64,000 nucleotides of DNA from Catajapyx aquilonaris (Eukaryota). Shown in pieces: positions 1-13,822 of the stretch (the stretch's first letter is position 1; each line of letters starts with the position of its first letter). The notes below the pieces were generated by a model. That model searched no databases. It had not been told where the DNA came from and worked only from the letters and a program-made list of their open reading frames with translations. A program made the translations under genes and the position numbers. The stretch is taken from positions 1-64,000 of the forward strand of contig KZ538487.1 in NCBI GenBank assembly GCA_000934665.2, given 5' to 3'.

Positions 1-99
1 CCGATGAAAATTCGAGCACGTGTCATGAGGTCGGGAGGAAAGCTCTCGACGGCACTCGCCCAAATCACCTGCACCTGGCACACTGATTGGCGGGAGAAA

Positions 100-1398
100 A
101 AGTCGCGGACGATTCCATAACAGTCCGACAATCTTTTTGACCCTGATAGTACAATATACAGCCATATACGGTATAAACCATGCAAGCTGCCAGCAACACG
201 GCCCATGTAAGTGCTGATCAAGGCCAAGGCCCTCATCATTATATGTTGTCCCCATCATCATTTCATGTAACGTCTCTCTTCTTCTTTTTTTACCCAGAAA
301 CACCGCACCATACCATCAATCAAGCGCTTGGTATTATTCGGCGTAAACAAGTACACCAAAAAAGCCAAGTAATCAAGTCCTCCTGGAGCCAATCACCCAT
401 GGGAGTCAATCCTTTCAACCTGCCCCATCATCAAAGGTTCCCCAAATTGCACTCCATGTTGCCACATGGGCATATCCGAAGCAATGCAACACCGTACCCC
501 CGATGAGAAAGGAATCGTGGTCGATTCGAAACGGAAACGCACTTTCCCCAACAACGCACCCTGTTCATCTCCTATTTCCCACCCCTCCCATCGAATAATC
601 CTTGAAATTCGTCCCGGACAGCAAACACAGGGTGTGGGGTGACCGTCAATCCCTAATCTAATTTACAGACACTCAAAGTCTTAGTTGGTGCAATGCCACA
701 ATTGCCCTCCTGCTGGTGGTGGAAGGAAGGAGGTGTGGTTTCTGTGGTTGCCCCCTACCCTCAACTACCCCAATAAAGAGGCCCCTGGGTTTTATGGCCC
801 CTATTGCAAGTGGAAACTATACACCATAGGGCTTGGTGCTTGGGATGGCCTGATTCTCACGCCTCGGGGGGACAACATACATCCAGCAGTCATGACAATA
901 ATTATTAACGAGGGACCTTTTCACTCCACTTGCTTCATTAGCACACTCACTGATCATGACTTATTCTTGCAGATGAACCATCGAATCACCCACGGACAAC
1001 CAAATTGAAACTCAAGCCTTCGGGTCGCCAGCTCGACCCGGCCTTATTTTATGATCAGGATCCCTACCCCATATATTAGTCCCAATGAAACTGTAATTAA
1101 CTGACAGCACCAGTGGGAGGAGGGGAAGAAAATATTATATTGAACTTGGTGAGGGTTCTTTCAAACGGCTTGCTACGTATAATTGGCTTATATTGCAGGA
1201 TCCTAGTCGGGCTGGATGAGGGGAAAGGGGTGGGGTCACACACCAAAAATTCTGGTTATTACAGGGGAAGGGAGAATGTTCAGAGGTAAAAATGGTAGCG
1301 ATGAAGGGGAGGGATTTGCAGCCCCCCCCCCCCTCTCTCAACAACCACACAAAAATGTTGGTGGCATCTATGATATGATGCTTCCAGTGCAAGTATGA
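100..1398 (+). pseudogene. Frameshift-riddled immunoglobulin-domain gene (pseudogene or base-calling errors), about 5 exons; 5' boundary approximate
   Basis: Splice signals: GT 207, AG 297, AG 668, AG 972, GT 1093, AG 1198. Ig-like motifs appear across shifting frames: TCPIIKGSP (418-444), ATW (461-469), N(G)TLFIS (~553-572), SLSWCNAT, SGNYT (809-823), KNVGGIYDMMLPVQV* (1351-1398). Confidence 0.45.
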
Positions 1399-4300
1399 TC
1401 AATTGTGTCCAAGTAAGCTAATAACCAAAAGATATAATTAGAATTTTAGAATATTATCTCGGCAGTACAATATATCCGATATATCCGTTGAAGTTGTAGA
1501 AATCCTGCCATCAGCATGCGAGTGCAACAGAAAAAGCAGAACATTTCTATTGTTTGTTTCTTGTGACTTAAATTTGTGGACTAATGCAAACATGCAATGG
1601 ATTACCAGCTCTCAGAACTGAGGGGTTGTATTCTCACCACAACACTCAGTACGGTGGGATTACCAGGGTAGAATAATTATTTGATATGGGTGTGAAAGAG
1701 TTAGGCATTATCCGGCATTATCATATATCAGCATGTGATATGGTGTACGTTTTCTAAAGATTTTTTTTTCTTCTCGTGCACTGATTACATCTTTAAAATT
1801 GTGAAAGAATTTGGCCTGCCAAGTTCGCTTAATAATACAGCTGTGGATCATCACGGAAGCCGTACATCCCGTCATCTGATAGCATATTTTATATTTTCTG
1901 ATGGTCATGTGCGAGTGAAAACTAAATCTCCGTGCTGGAACAAAACCGGATAATTCCCACACGATTGCCAGTGATAAAGATAAAGCAATTTGCAAACTGA
2001 GGAGTGTCGTTTCAAACGCAACTTGTCCAATATTAGTTTCTTTTTCAGGCGGGGCACATCTTAAAACGTCGAGTTGCATTATCATGTGTCACAGGAATTA
2101 TTAATTGCAATTAAATGAAATTATTGGTGTATTCGGAAGCACTCTGCCTAAATTAAAAACCTTGATTTCATCACAGCTCGGCTGTAATTTTTAAAAACTC
2201 AGCATTTAGAAAGTTGGATTTTTCACTGACCAAACGTGGAATTCGTCTGGTTTTTGCCAAAAAGATACAAGACGAACTTATCGAGACTAATAAGTTATAA
2301 CGCGAATGATAAGCAGAAAATTTAGGTCTTGGAGTACAGGCATCAAACCCGGTTTTATAATAAGCTCGTTGGATCCTTGCAACATGAATCGTCTTAATCT
2401 TTCTGGCCGGTATAAGTTTACAGTATAACACATGCTGAGTCTTGCCGCCACATCATGATGTCGGCTATTTCAACATCAAATCTCATGTGAGAGGAGTGAA
2501 AAGTTGTCTCATTATTCCAATTAATTGTTGGAGCCTTATTTACAAGTATGTAGGACAAAACGTCAAATAATTCATTTTGATACGCAAACTTAATTTATCG
2601 GGGAGTAAGAAAAGCCCCGCAAAACCAGTGCCGGAAAAATTTGTACCAGGAAATTGTGATCATCACAACATATGACTTATAATACTAATAAAATATTTGT
2701 CCCTGTACCTGTATATAGGTTTCAAAGTCCGGGCCATAGCGTCATAAGTGCACAGAGCGGTGATAATGCAGTCATTTATTAATGACAAAATTATGTTGGA
2801 GGTGTTTGTTTATATTACAGGAAAATATACGCACAACCAAACAACAGCACCGTCTTGTTGAATAATTAGAAAAGTTATGTTATTGCTGCCGACAAATGAA
2901 TTACAAGCAAATGAGAATGTCAATGTATTACCACGCATTAAGTCGTCTAACGTATGGGCAGATCATCCAGTTGGGCGGAGAGTAGGAATTATAAGTAACC
3001 CTAAAAGAGAAAGGAAACATATAAGAGCTTATAGTCTCATATACTGTATAGCTATATAGAAGCGATGTCGACAAAGTTGCGCCTGCATACAAATTCATAG
3101 CATATTGACATTGGTTGGAGCGAGTCTCCTTGTGAAAGCATTATTCACGACACTATTGTGGCGTGCAGAGGTGTCACAGCGGGGAATCCGAGTTTCCATC
3201 AGGGTTTACGAGACAGGCCGTTTGTTAGAGCCTGCTCGTTGTCCTTTTTAGCTGCATTTCGGGCTGACCGAAACAGGCCCAAATGAGAAGGTAAGTAGGA
3301 GCGGAGGAAAATACATTCCCATAAGAGCGGCGCGTGGGATGGGATGATGATGATACCAGCCAGCCCATGCAAGGGAACCACAAAAAAAAAGAAGGCCCGA
3401 AACAAACCAATCCCCCAAACTCCTTGGAATCAGGTGCCGCAAACCGGCTCTACCCGACCCAAACGACCCTCCCCCGATCCCTTGCAACAACAACAGCAAA
3501 AAAAAATCAAAGAACAGAGCTCTTAGGCTAATGGCAGGCCCAACCTAGAAGCTCCGCCCCCGTCATATTTCCCACTGCTCAACCTTGGCCATTCTTTGCC
3601 GGCTGCAGGAAGACCAAGAAAAAAAAAAAAGAGCGTGAGAAGAAACAGTACGAGGAAACGAATTCCCTAGTCTGGACAGCATATGGTGGTCAAACATTAT
3701 CTCAGCGGGTGAGCAACCGAGCTTTCAAAACAAGCTATTTGTCCCAATGGGTCCGTCACGTTGGCACCTCTGCTCAAACATGGCTCCATCCATGCTGTCT
3801 CTATTCTTTCATGCCTACAGCTTCCCCCCTCCTACCGACCCAACTCTTGGACGGAATAAGCTAATAGGCTCTCGTGATGGCCGCAGTTCCCCCTTCATTC
3901 GCCTGCCCGTGTGCTATTAACTCGATTAACTCGTTGGATCGACATGGTGTGACTCGGAGAGAGTGCGGATGACACGTAGGCCTACCCAACCCTCTCATGA
4001 ACAGCGATCAATTCCGACCTACATTTCAACGCCTGCTTATGCGTACCACCACAATCAGGAGGAAGGGTGGGTTGGGGGGGGGGGGNGGGGGGGGATCAAA
4101 AGGAGAAAAAAAAATAGAAGAATCCAACGCACGCCATGTTTAACGTCACGCGGAGTAAATGCAGGAGTTGCCAAATGGTGTGTGCACAACCGCGATTATA
4201 GCGAGGCAATCTGTAGAGCTATTATATGCCCTATATGGTCTGGTTACTTCAAGGTGTTCATAAAATGAGCTACTAAAATATTGCAAATTAGTCAAATAAA

Positions 4301-4736
4301 AGGCGTTACTCAGCACTGCTACAAAATAATATACATGTATATACGACGTACTCTACACAAGGTGGAACATTTTTTTAAAGAAGTCACCATCGCAGCACAC
4401 TGGTTGAAACAGATGCAACAATATTCATTTCCATTTCACTTTGCCTCGCTTGGCATATAAATAAGGGAAGGTGGTTCTTATTCTGCTTTTGTTTTAACCT
4501 GTTAGTTGTACATAATTCATAACTTTTCCCCCTCCAATTTGGAGTACATCACATTCATGCAAAAACTGGGTAAGTGACTTTACCTTGATTTTACCAAGAC
4601 AAAGCTTCGCCATTTCCTGGCTTGTTTCTCCGGGCACAGCCTGCAGCAGAGGTGAGGGCTGGGAGAGATCAGAAACAGATGCAATGATTACTCTGAAAAA
4701 GGTTAAAATTTCTTTTATTACAAAATTCCCATGGTG

Positions 4737-4929
4737 TGTCCGATCAGTTATCGGAAAAGCCTATGTATCTTCTAGCTATGTAGCCAAAATATGCCCCAAC
4801 ATTTCTGGCACATCCCTCAACTGTTGAGGGATGTACCAGAAATTTTGGGCATATTTTCTGGCTATACATAGCTAGAAGATACATAAGCTGTTCCGATAAC
4901 TGATCGGACAAAAAAGTTGGACCACCCTG
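4737..4929. mobile_element. Truncated foldback MITE of Tc1/mariner type (one CACCCTG-TA end)
   Basis: About 85-bp inverted arms centred near 4821; right end ACCACCCTG|TA; left terminus missing. Confidence 0.75.
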
Positions 4930-6439
4930 TATATAGACCACATAGGGTGACAGTATATGAAAAACTGCCAACAACCATATTTTTGAGAATAAAAGGTGAA
5001 GCATCAATAATTGAGCATTCCAAAAGTAAGTAGGCCTACCGTTTGGCAGCAAAATTTTATAATAAAATTTCCCACAAAAATCAACATACCACCATACACA
5101 AGTATACAGTACAATCATGTTGTTTGGAAAAATTCTTTAACCGCGTGGCATCATATTTTGTAAGCCAATGTTGATCACTCTCCTCGCCAACCTTATTCCT
5201 TAATATATTCGTCTTTTGGTCACTCCAAAAACTTGCATCTACCAAAATTTGTGCTATAGGGGACAGCTTTGTGCATTTTCCAAACAAGTCCAACCATGGT
5301 CCAGACTTATTGTACACCGAGTGACCACCACTTGGTTCGCCTTCAAACACCCACAAAATTTTGGCAGGCAAGTATACATATAGAGCGCGTTCAAGACGCG
5401 AAGGAATATATACCGTATACGATAATTATGTTGGGCGGTGCGCATGCTCGACACAAGTTTATAAAGTATGGTATAAAGGTTAGAAAAATGCTATGATCAA
5501 CATAATTGTGCAGTATATTATTAGTGTGCGGTGCTAGCAGAACATAGACACCATCATGTGGCTATGTTGATTTTTGCGATAATTATTCTTTAAAAGTTTT
5601 ACAGCCAAACGATACTTATCGTTGGAGCACGGTACACTTGTGCTGCGAGCGTTTGTTGGCTGCTCATGTGCTATGCCACACAAATAAGAGAGGCATTCAT
5701 GTATAGTCTGTGGGCAAGTAATGATCACCATCGGACAACCATCACGCAATGAACAAGCACTCTCCATAAGTAGGGCAGAAATATGAGAGCTGAAGGGCTG
5801 TTAAATGTACATTATGTGACACAACGTGTCACCTCTCACGGGAAAGGGTTTTGCGAGTGCCATGTATCACTAAAATTCGAAGCCAATTTTGTGGGCACAC
5901 TGAAGGTACATGATGCTGGCCAAACGCTGAATTGGGAGCTCTGGAGTAACTATTGACTGGAGAATGCTTATGAATAACTTGAGGTTGAGCTACACCAGTA
6001 TACATATAGCATGCTAAACACTGTTGTCTTATGCATAACTTATGTATAAAAAATACTTATGTACTTATGTATAAAGAAGTGCGCTTCAACTTAATTGTCT
6101 GTATAGTATACAATATAACAATAATGTTTAGAGATTTTTGGACCTAATTTGCTTATTATTAGTAGTTATTTTCTACAATAATTACTCTTAGGGGTTATAA
6201 AAATATTAGTTGCTTCCATCAGGTTTAATAAGATCATCAGATACTGGAATGTTACAAAGATATAAGCTTACATAATAAGAAACACACACATTCCCTTTCA
6301 CCTTAAGATACTGTATTATTGATCATTCACCGTTGATTAACTTACGCCTTACAACTATCAAAACACAACCGTATACAACCTCAGCCACATATCCTATTGA
6401 CGCCCGCACGCCCAGGATTAAAATCCGCAACACCCTTAC

Positions 6440-6680
6440 ACTTAAGGGTGTGTATCACCCCTGAGTGGGAGCTATGTCTTTTCTAGGCCTACCCTTACTC
6501 CTCTTACCAACCACTGAACCTAAATAAACCTTATTCACAATCTCCTCATTCTTCATCCTCTCCACATGGCCAAACCACCTTATAGAGTATAGACCTTCAC
6601 ATATTATCTTTAACAATCTCCATAACATTACACTTCTGCAAAATCTTATTACTATAATTCTATCGAACCTATATTATGTA
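6440..6680 (-). mobile_element. RTE-type LINE 3' ORF fragment
   Basis: Minus strand encodes RWFGHVERMKNEEIVNKVYLGSVVGKRSKGRPRK; homologous to 15870-15968 and 16660-16700. Confidence 0.8.
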
Positions 6681-8382
6681 ATATCGCTTATATAGTCCAG
6701 AGGTAGCGCATTTCCGTAACCAACATCCGACTCTTGTGATTCTCTGACCATATACCCGTGTCTCGCTATACTATTAAAAAGTGAGGGAACAGCGGACCTG
6801 GGGAGTAGACAGACAACCTACAGGCACTACATAATTCCTTATTCCTATATAGAAGATTGTGGAACATACGAGCTGAATTTAGGTTATCAAACCGGTGTTC
6901 AAAATGCATTGGACTTGATCATCCAAAAAGAAGGTATAGCTATAAGCAGGTGCAAGGTAAGTGTGATGCCTCAGAGAAAAAGAATTTTCACATCATCTTT
7001 AGACCTTTGTTTGACATAGTTATTAAATCAGATTATGTTAAAAACAATAATGCTAATAGTATACACACATAGAATTTTTCAAAATTACTGTAGGTTCCTT
7101 ATTGGTACTTTTCGGTTGCTTTCCAGTTTCTCGGGGTTGTTTTCATGACTCATAAAGCAGATTTTCAAAGCCAAACAATGGACATCACATAACTTACTGA
7201 TAATTAGACTATGCACGGATTCCATGATTAAACCCTCCCGTCTCCTATACTCTGCGGCGAAAAGTCCCCTTGGGAGCCTTTATTCACCATCACCAACAAC
7301 AATCTCGTAATTCAACGGCTTAATTTACTTGCAATTAGTTTTTTAGGGAAAAGATGACATTCATGCATTATTTCGGGCCATTATACAACACTACTGTAGT
7401 GTCGAGAATACAGTAAGCTTACCTATACTGTTATATGAAAACTGTGTACGTCAAATATTTCATAAATCCTGCTACAAGTCTGAAAGTTATCTTCCAGCGA
7501 ATGTCACTATATCACGTCAGTTTTTGTTTATGTGCGACGTCTAATGTCTTGTGCAGTCCCACTCCATACTCTACACCGACAATTAGAATACAGAATATGA
7601 CTTCCTGTGAAGTCCTAAATGGCCGTTTCTGGGAGGTTATGTTTTTGCATAAAAGCTTTTCTGATGGTAACAGCGCAGCGGCGTGGCGTAGCCAGGAAAT
7701 TGGTGGGGGGTTATGTGAGGGAAAAGCGATTTTTTTTGCTGTTCAAGCTCACACAAGCTTAGGTGAATGTAACTGACCAGTTAGTTATTTATTTTTAACT
7801 GGTTTGCATGCTGATTGGTTCCATTCGTCAACATGCTCAGAATTTAGACATCCAAAATCATCCAAAACATTATATCCATCCAGTTTATTGACATCATTCT
7901 GCCAGTTATTTTCTTTAAATGAAAATGCTGAAAAGCTAAAGGGCAGCAAAATGCAAGGTAATTACAACTGGCAAATGACCCAACAGTCTCTTTGGGAATT
8001 GGCTGAAATATATACAAAGAGCGTAATATAGCCTACTCAAGGTATAAATACCAGAAAAATGCGTGCATGGGATATTAATTATAGTATACAAGAGTTGTAG
8101 TCAAACTCCATATTCGACATTATACATTACAACATGGGAAAAAGAAATGGGTCACGATGAGAAGTAATTTTAAAACTCAGAAAAAAACCCTGCCTTGTTG
8201 CACTTTTACTGTGGTGGAATCTGATTCTAGCAAAGGAAATTGTGACACAAGAAGTAGTGATAGGCCAACTGATGTCCAGAACTGGGGATTAATAAATTTT
8301 TTCCCCCATTTTTGTACAAGTTGGCGTAGCCTACATCACAAAAAATGAAATATTTTATGATTGTGAGAGCTTTGATCTAATT

Positions 8383-8631
8383 GAAGGGGTCGGTGCAATA
8401 CTGCCCTAACCCTCCCAAACCTGATTTTGAGAAAACTGCAGTTGAAAGTTTGAGAGGCCATATACATCCCATATACCATGTGACTTATTTCATTTGATTT
8501 CTCAGTGACCGATGGCAGAAACTGCACAATTTCAATGGATTTTATTAGATACATGAGTGTAGTACATGGAAGTGTCCTTAACTCAATTTGTGTCATTTGG
8601 TGGGTTAGGGCGGTATTGCACCGACCCCTTC
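8383..8631. mobile_element. MITE with ~30-bp TIR GAAGGGGTCGGTGCAATACYGCCCTAACCC and AATT flanks (possibly Sola type)
   Basis: TIRs at 8383-8412 and 8602-8631; AATT on both sides. Confidence 0.75.
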
Positions 8632-8829
8632 AATTATTTTATGTGTTAAATATTTTTTTAAATTATCTATGTAGATTTTCTGTTAAAAATCCGGGTATTT
8701 GTAAAGAAACGAGAAAAACCCAAATTTTTAGGAAAAAAACGAAAAATCAGTTTTTCCCTGGCCTTTACAACACTAGCCCTAACCGTGCCCTAACTAGCCC
8801 TAACAGTTTGGGCGAATCAGGGAGAAATT

Positions 8830-8919
8830 ACCGTCCCGAATGACACTTGAAAAAATCCGAGACAAAAAGGGTGAAAATTCGGGACTGTCCCGGAAAATTC
8901 GGGATGTCTGGTCACCTTA
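8830..8919. mobile_element. hAT (Tip100-like) terminal fragment
   Basis: GGGACTGTCCCGGAAAATTCGGGATGTCTGGTCACCTTA resembles the TAGGGTGACCAGA-type terminus with GGGAC subterminal repeats. Confidence 0.6.
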
Positions 8920-8926
8920 CAGTTAT

Positions 8927-9465
8927 ATTCGATTTCGAATAAAGGACTTACTATACTTCATCCACCACATACAATATTTGCGCACGTGCGGGTTTTATAC
9001 CTTAAAATAGCGTATTTGAACTATATTTTTTAGGTCCAGGGCCGGGGGGGGGGGGGGNNNNNNNNNNNNNNNNNNNNNNNNNNNNNNNNNNNNNNNNNNN
9101 NNNNNNNNNNNNNNNNNNNNNNNNNNNNNNNNNNNNNNNNNNNNNNNNNNNNNNNNNNNNNNNNNNNNNNNNNNNNNNNNNNNNNNNNNNNNNNNNNNNN
9201 NNNNNNNNNNNNNNNNNNNNNNNNNNNNNNNNNNNNNNNNNNNNNNNNNNNNNNNNNNNNNNNNNNNNNNNNNNNNNNNNNNNNNNNNNNNNNNNNNNNN
9301 NNNNNNNNNNNNCCCCCCCCCCCGGTCCCCCCATCCCCGGTCCCCCAAATTATTGAGTTATTTTCGATTTGGAATAAATTACATCATCCACCACATACTT
9401 GTACAATATTTGTGCATGTGCGTTTTTATGCCTTAAAATAGCGGATTTGAACTAAATTTTTGGGG
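8927..9465. repeat. Diverged ~105-bp direct repeats (8927-9031 and 9361-9461) flanking an assembly gap
   Basis: Shared TCATCCACCACATAC...CAATATTTG...CCTTAAAATAGCG..TTTGAACTA. Confidence 0.7.
9058..9311. other. Assembly gap (N run) between poly-G and poly-C
   Basis: Run of n. Confidence 0.99.
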
Positions 9466-9775
9466 GATGGTAAGTTGTCCTTTAAAACTGCATAAGGTAA
9501 CGGGTGACCATCACGCGGAGTGTTAATCGCACCTTATGCTGCTGAGTTAAACCCATATGATTAGGGTGTTTGACCCCATGCAGATTCCATAAGTGCACCG
9601 GCGTACTGTATGGTTCAGCATTTTATTACAAGTGAGGGTTGTGGTTTATAATATTAGTTTTTAAATTCAAAATTAATATTTATGAAATCGTTCATGCCAT
9701 ATCTTCAGATGATATTTTCAATTGCACGAGCTAAGTTATGCGTTGTTATTATTATTAATATAGTGAAACCTTATA

Positions 9776-10200
9776 CAGGGTGTATCTGAACTCAGTGCCC
9801 CGACGTATATGACTGCCTTCCTAGCCACCAGAGGATCGATTTAAGTATAGGAGTCATTATGTCTGGGTAGCCTCATTACTGAGATACACTCTTTAGCGAT
9901 TTTTGCCTAATCGCTCCTTCTGACTTTTAAATAGAATTTTCTGGTGTAACTAGCCAAAGAGGCCTTACCACCTGTGGGCAACAAACCGACAAAGTCCCGC
10001 CCCCAGACCTTCCAGAGCCTTCTGACTGGGGGAGGGTTCGATGGGTGGCCTAACCGACAGGATATTTTGTACTACATGTTTGCGGCCAATTATCTCCGTA
10101 ATGCGGCGGCCGAACATAATGACTCCTATACTTAAATCGATCCTCTGGTGGCTAGGAAGGCAGTCATATACGTCGGGGCACTGAGTTCAGATACACCCTG
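9776..10200. mobile_element. 425-bp Tc1/mariner-type MITE, family A copy 1
   Basis: TA|CAGGGTGTATCTGAACTCAGTGCCCCGACG...CACCCTG|TA; TIR perfect for about 85 bp. Confidence 0.95.
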
Positions 10201-12804
10201 TATAGCGTACACTGGATCAGCAAGTGATTTCTCTTGTTTAAAAAAAATTACAGTGCTTCGAAATAGCGATACATGATATATTTACACAGATATTTCACAG
10301 AAACAGAACCACTTGCTGCTCGACGCTTTTTCTGTAAACTCTGCTGTGTACATCAATATCTTTTGACACGGACTGTTTCATTTTAAAATACTGCAACGTT
10401 TCTCGCAATGTATAGGAATTCTGAAATTTATGCATTTGATTTGTCAAGTGTATAATGTACTGTACGTTAGGGACATACTAAAGATATAGCTTTGTCAGAA
10501 TGTCTACGTATAAGTAGTTATAGTTTATGAGTTTCTTTTGAGTTTTGAGAAAGAACTGTATGTGTGCACAATATTTTTAAAAACCCCGAGATTACTATGT
10601 TCAAGTAATAATCTGCCAAAGGCTAAAACCGGGATTTAAATTTTATGCTGATTTGAATAAGTTATGTATTTTACATATACGTTTCTACTTTCTATTGTGA
10701 TTCAGTTCAGAATTCAATACAGGTTCCAAAGTCTGAAACCAATAATATGCAATTCCAGGAGAGGATAATTAATCTCGAGGCCTCCGCATCAAATATAAAA
10801 ATCTGTATGGATACAGATTTCCAGATTTATAACTGAAAAAGTAGGAGTCTTGGTTTGCAGGAACTGTTTTTCTTATGCAATATTTATCAACCGCATAAAT
10901 GTTGTAGGCCTAAAAACAGTATATTCCAGGCACACCAGTCCTGCACACTTAAATCGTTTTACATATTATATTGCTATTTGAAAGCTGTAAAATTGCAATG
11001 AGTTTTTCTATTTTGCAAGTCAATTCATGCTCTATTTCGAGAGCCTCCTTAAGTAGTGATTAGAAGCCAAATGTTTAAAGCTCAGTTTAAATTTGAGATT
11101 AATATACCGATATGTCCTTCCTCTCCATCTGTGTTTATATACGGGCATGTCTATGTGGCATAACCCCCAAGCTACTGTATTGCAGGGTTGTCAAGTACTC
11201 GTGACATTTCCACATCGCCAATGATTTCGTAGCAATTCAGATGAAACACAATTTGAATTCTCACAACTCCAGATACTTTTGTGGAATATTTGGTGCCGCA
11301 GAGTGGCTGATTCGAGTCAGTTCAAGTTCACTGCGGCAGCGACAGATGTCAGTGAACTACAGGGCTGGTAAGTTCTAGCCCTCTCTCCCCATGCCCAAAG
11401 TATACTGTACGTCTGTATACCGCATCACGGATCAATACATTGGCTACCAGCCCAGAGAAAACAAGCAACTCTATAGAGGCAGAGTATCAAACATGTCAGA
11501 AAAAAGCACTCAATAAAACGCAAATTAACATACTCCTCTACAAAACTATGACTGAAACGTGATATTGGCTTCTAGAGGGCTGATACCATGAAGCCTTTAG
11601 AGAGGAAGTGGTCGAAGAGGGGGAAAAGAGGCAAACAAAGCCAGAACCTAATTGGTAAAGCTCCAAGCATTCTCTATGTAATTTGGGGTGTGGGTGTCTT
11701 TATGGGGACGTTGTGAAAAGAAATGGGCCCCTCTTCCATAATGTGGATTAGTAATGCTTGAACCACGCCCCCCTTCCATGCACCACCTCAAGACACCCGA
11801 CGCCCAAATGTGCTGCTCTTTTTCTCCCCCATTTAGAGCTATTGTTGTGCCGACGAGCAGGATATATAGCTATATGGATACGTTTGGAGGCCAAGCCCCT
11901 AGAGGCGGTGCCCATCATCACAGGTCAGTTCACCTGGCCACGTGATTTACGTTCCTTTTCAGAGCTATATCAGCGTTTCAAACCACCCAGGTTGTTTGTG
12001 CTGAAAAAATGGTACATTCGTTTAATGCCAGTGGTTGCTTTTAACAAGACCAGGAGGGCAGCTTAACAGCCATTATCAGATTTTGCTTTCTTCATTGTGT
12101 GCGTTGGGGGCATGCAGATAGCAGATAGTAGACCTATGTTTCTATGTACATAATATTTGGCATAAGGTTGTAATATTATTGGTGACTGATAGTACGAATG
12201 CATTGCCTTAGTTCTCTGCTCAACAATGGAGGTGGGGGAAAAATTTGGATTCATTCTCTTCAGCAACCAATTTCAAGTGGGTGTTTCTGCCAACGGCTGG
12301 GAACTGGTTTCTGGGGTAAACAATCCATAATTTCTTCTTCTTGGGCAGTGCACGGACCTGTGTAACAGGCTAACGCTAAACAATGTCCTAAACACAGTTG
12401 GGGAAGAACTCTATGATGTGTGTTTAATCCAAGTAGCCTATAACCGTATGTTATATCAGTAGAAGCAGCAGCGAGAAAAAAATGAAAACTAATACTGAAT
12501 ACAGCGAGATTGCGAGTTCCCTGGTATGACGGGTTATATCGATAGCAGGACGATGCTATACGGTAGTCCCCAAAGTAAACCCTGAACACTAGTCATTATA
12601 CAAATACCTCGTGGCTTTAGTTGCCTCTGCTCATGCAATAAAAACCAAGCCTGTAAAGAAGCACTCTCCATCTTTTTGCTCTATAGATATAATGTTGTAG
12701 TACAGTATGTGATTTTACAGCATAAAAATATAGGGCGTTCCAAGTTTTAGTTATGAATTTTTGGGACTATCCGACTGATCACATCCCGCAACACAAAATC
12801 TATA

Positions 12805-13167
12805 CAGGGTGTTCCCGAATTCGTCTGCCAAAATGATGTGGGTGGTAGGGGGTGCGTATGGAATCATGGCATGTGTCCGAAAGGCAGGCGACGACGTTGA
12901 CGTCGACGATGTGTATCCTGACAAATATGGATACTCCCGTGCATGCCTGCATTGCTGGTCGCCCGGGTCAGGCAATGGTCCAGGAGTGCGAGCGCCTGGC
13001 CCCGGCAACCAGCAGTGCAGGGGTGCACGGGGGTATCCATATTTGTCAGGATACATATCGTCGATGTCAAAGGTCGACATCTCCAAAACGGATCGTCGAC
13101 TGCCTTTCGACCCATGCCATGCATTACCACCCGTATCATTTTGGCAGACGAATTTGGGAACATCCTG
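12805..13167. mobile_element. Tc1/mariner-type foldback MITE
   Basis: TA|CAGGGTGTTCCCGAATTCGTCTGCCAAAATGAT...TTGGGAACATCCTG|TA; nearly the whole element is palindromic, which explains the mirrored ORFs. Confidence 0.92.
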
Positions 13168-13401
13168 TATATACAAAGTGTTCCAAGCTAATGCTATATG
13201 TTGCTATGTGAAAGATATGTCTCCAAAAAGATGCAGCCTAGCAAAATATGCCCATTATCACGCAATGCATTGAATTGAATTATGCTCTTGAAGAGATCAA
13301 GGATGAATTACGAAAGAATGCAACAGCTTTTTATATAACCATTAACTTATGTATCCTTTATTTCGGCATACACACGGGAGAGCCATACTCTGCCCGTTGC
13401 A

Positions 13402-13822
13402 CTACTTCCTCCGGCGCTTTGGTGGACCTTCGTAAGCCGTAGACTGCTGGAATTGCTGTGTCAGCCCGCCAAACTGCTGGGCCATCGCAATTTCACTGGC
13501 TAAATAAGACTCCAAGACGTCTCTCGCCGTCTTTTCTAAAGAACCTAGGGGAGCCGGTGTCTCGGTTTGTAGCGCTTGTAGCCGCTTCAGGACGTCATAG
13601 TTGTATGGTCCTTCATTTAGGGTGGGATCCACCCCGACCACCAGGATAGCTACCAGGTCTCGTAATTTCTGCCGCAACGGTTCCGGAGGGCCCTCAGCAT
13701 CCATCTCATCCTCCTGGTGAGGCTGCCAGGATAAAATAGTCAAATTTCATCGTTCATATTTGCAAGCACTTGAAATTCACATAGCATGGGCTTACCTTCA
13801 GGTTAACAGGATCAGTATCCAT
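13402..13822 (-). CDS. Small protein of unknown function, 115 aa, two coding exons (13822-13796 and 13722-13402), C-terminal NLS-like PPKRRRK
   Basis: AATATGG start context; MDTDPVNLK then GTAAGC donor; 73-nt intron ending TTTTATCCTGGCAG; phase-0 join to PHQEDEMDAEGPPEPLRQKLRDLVAILVV...YEGPPKRRRK*; AATAAA at 13362-13357, 40 nt after the stop; candidate short 5' UTR exons upstream. Confidence 0.7.

Noticed and set aside
11540..12600. Moderately GC-rich stretch with several 60-110 aa ORFs
   Set aside because: No recognisable domain in any frame and no coherent splice pattern.
12751..13273. Six overlapping ORFs with mirrored peptides (YPDKYGY / YPYLSGY)
   Set aside because: Artefact of the GC-rich palindromic MITE at 12805-13167.
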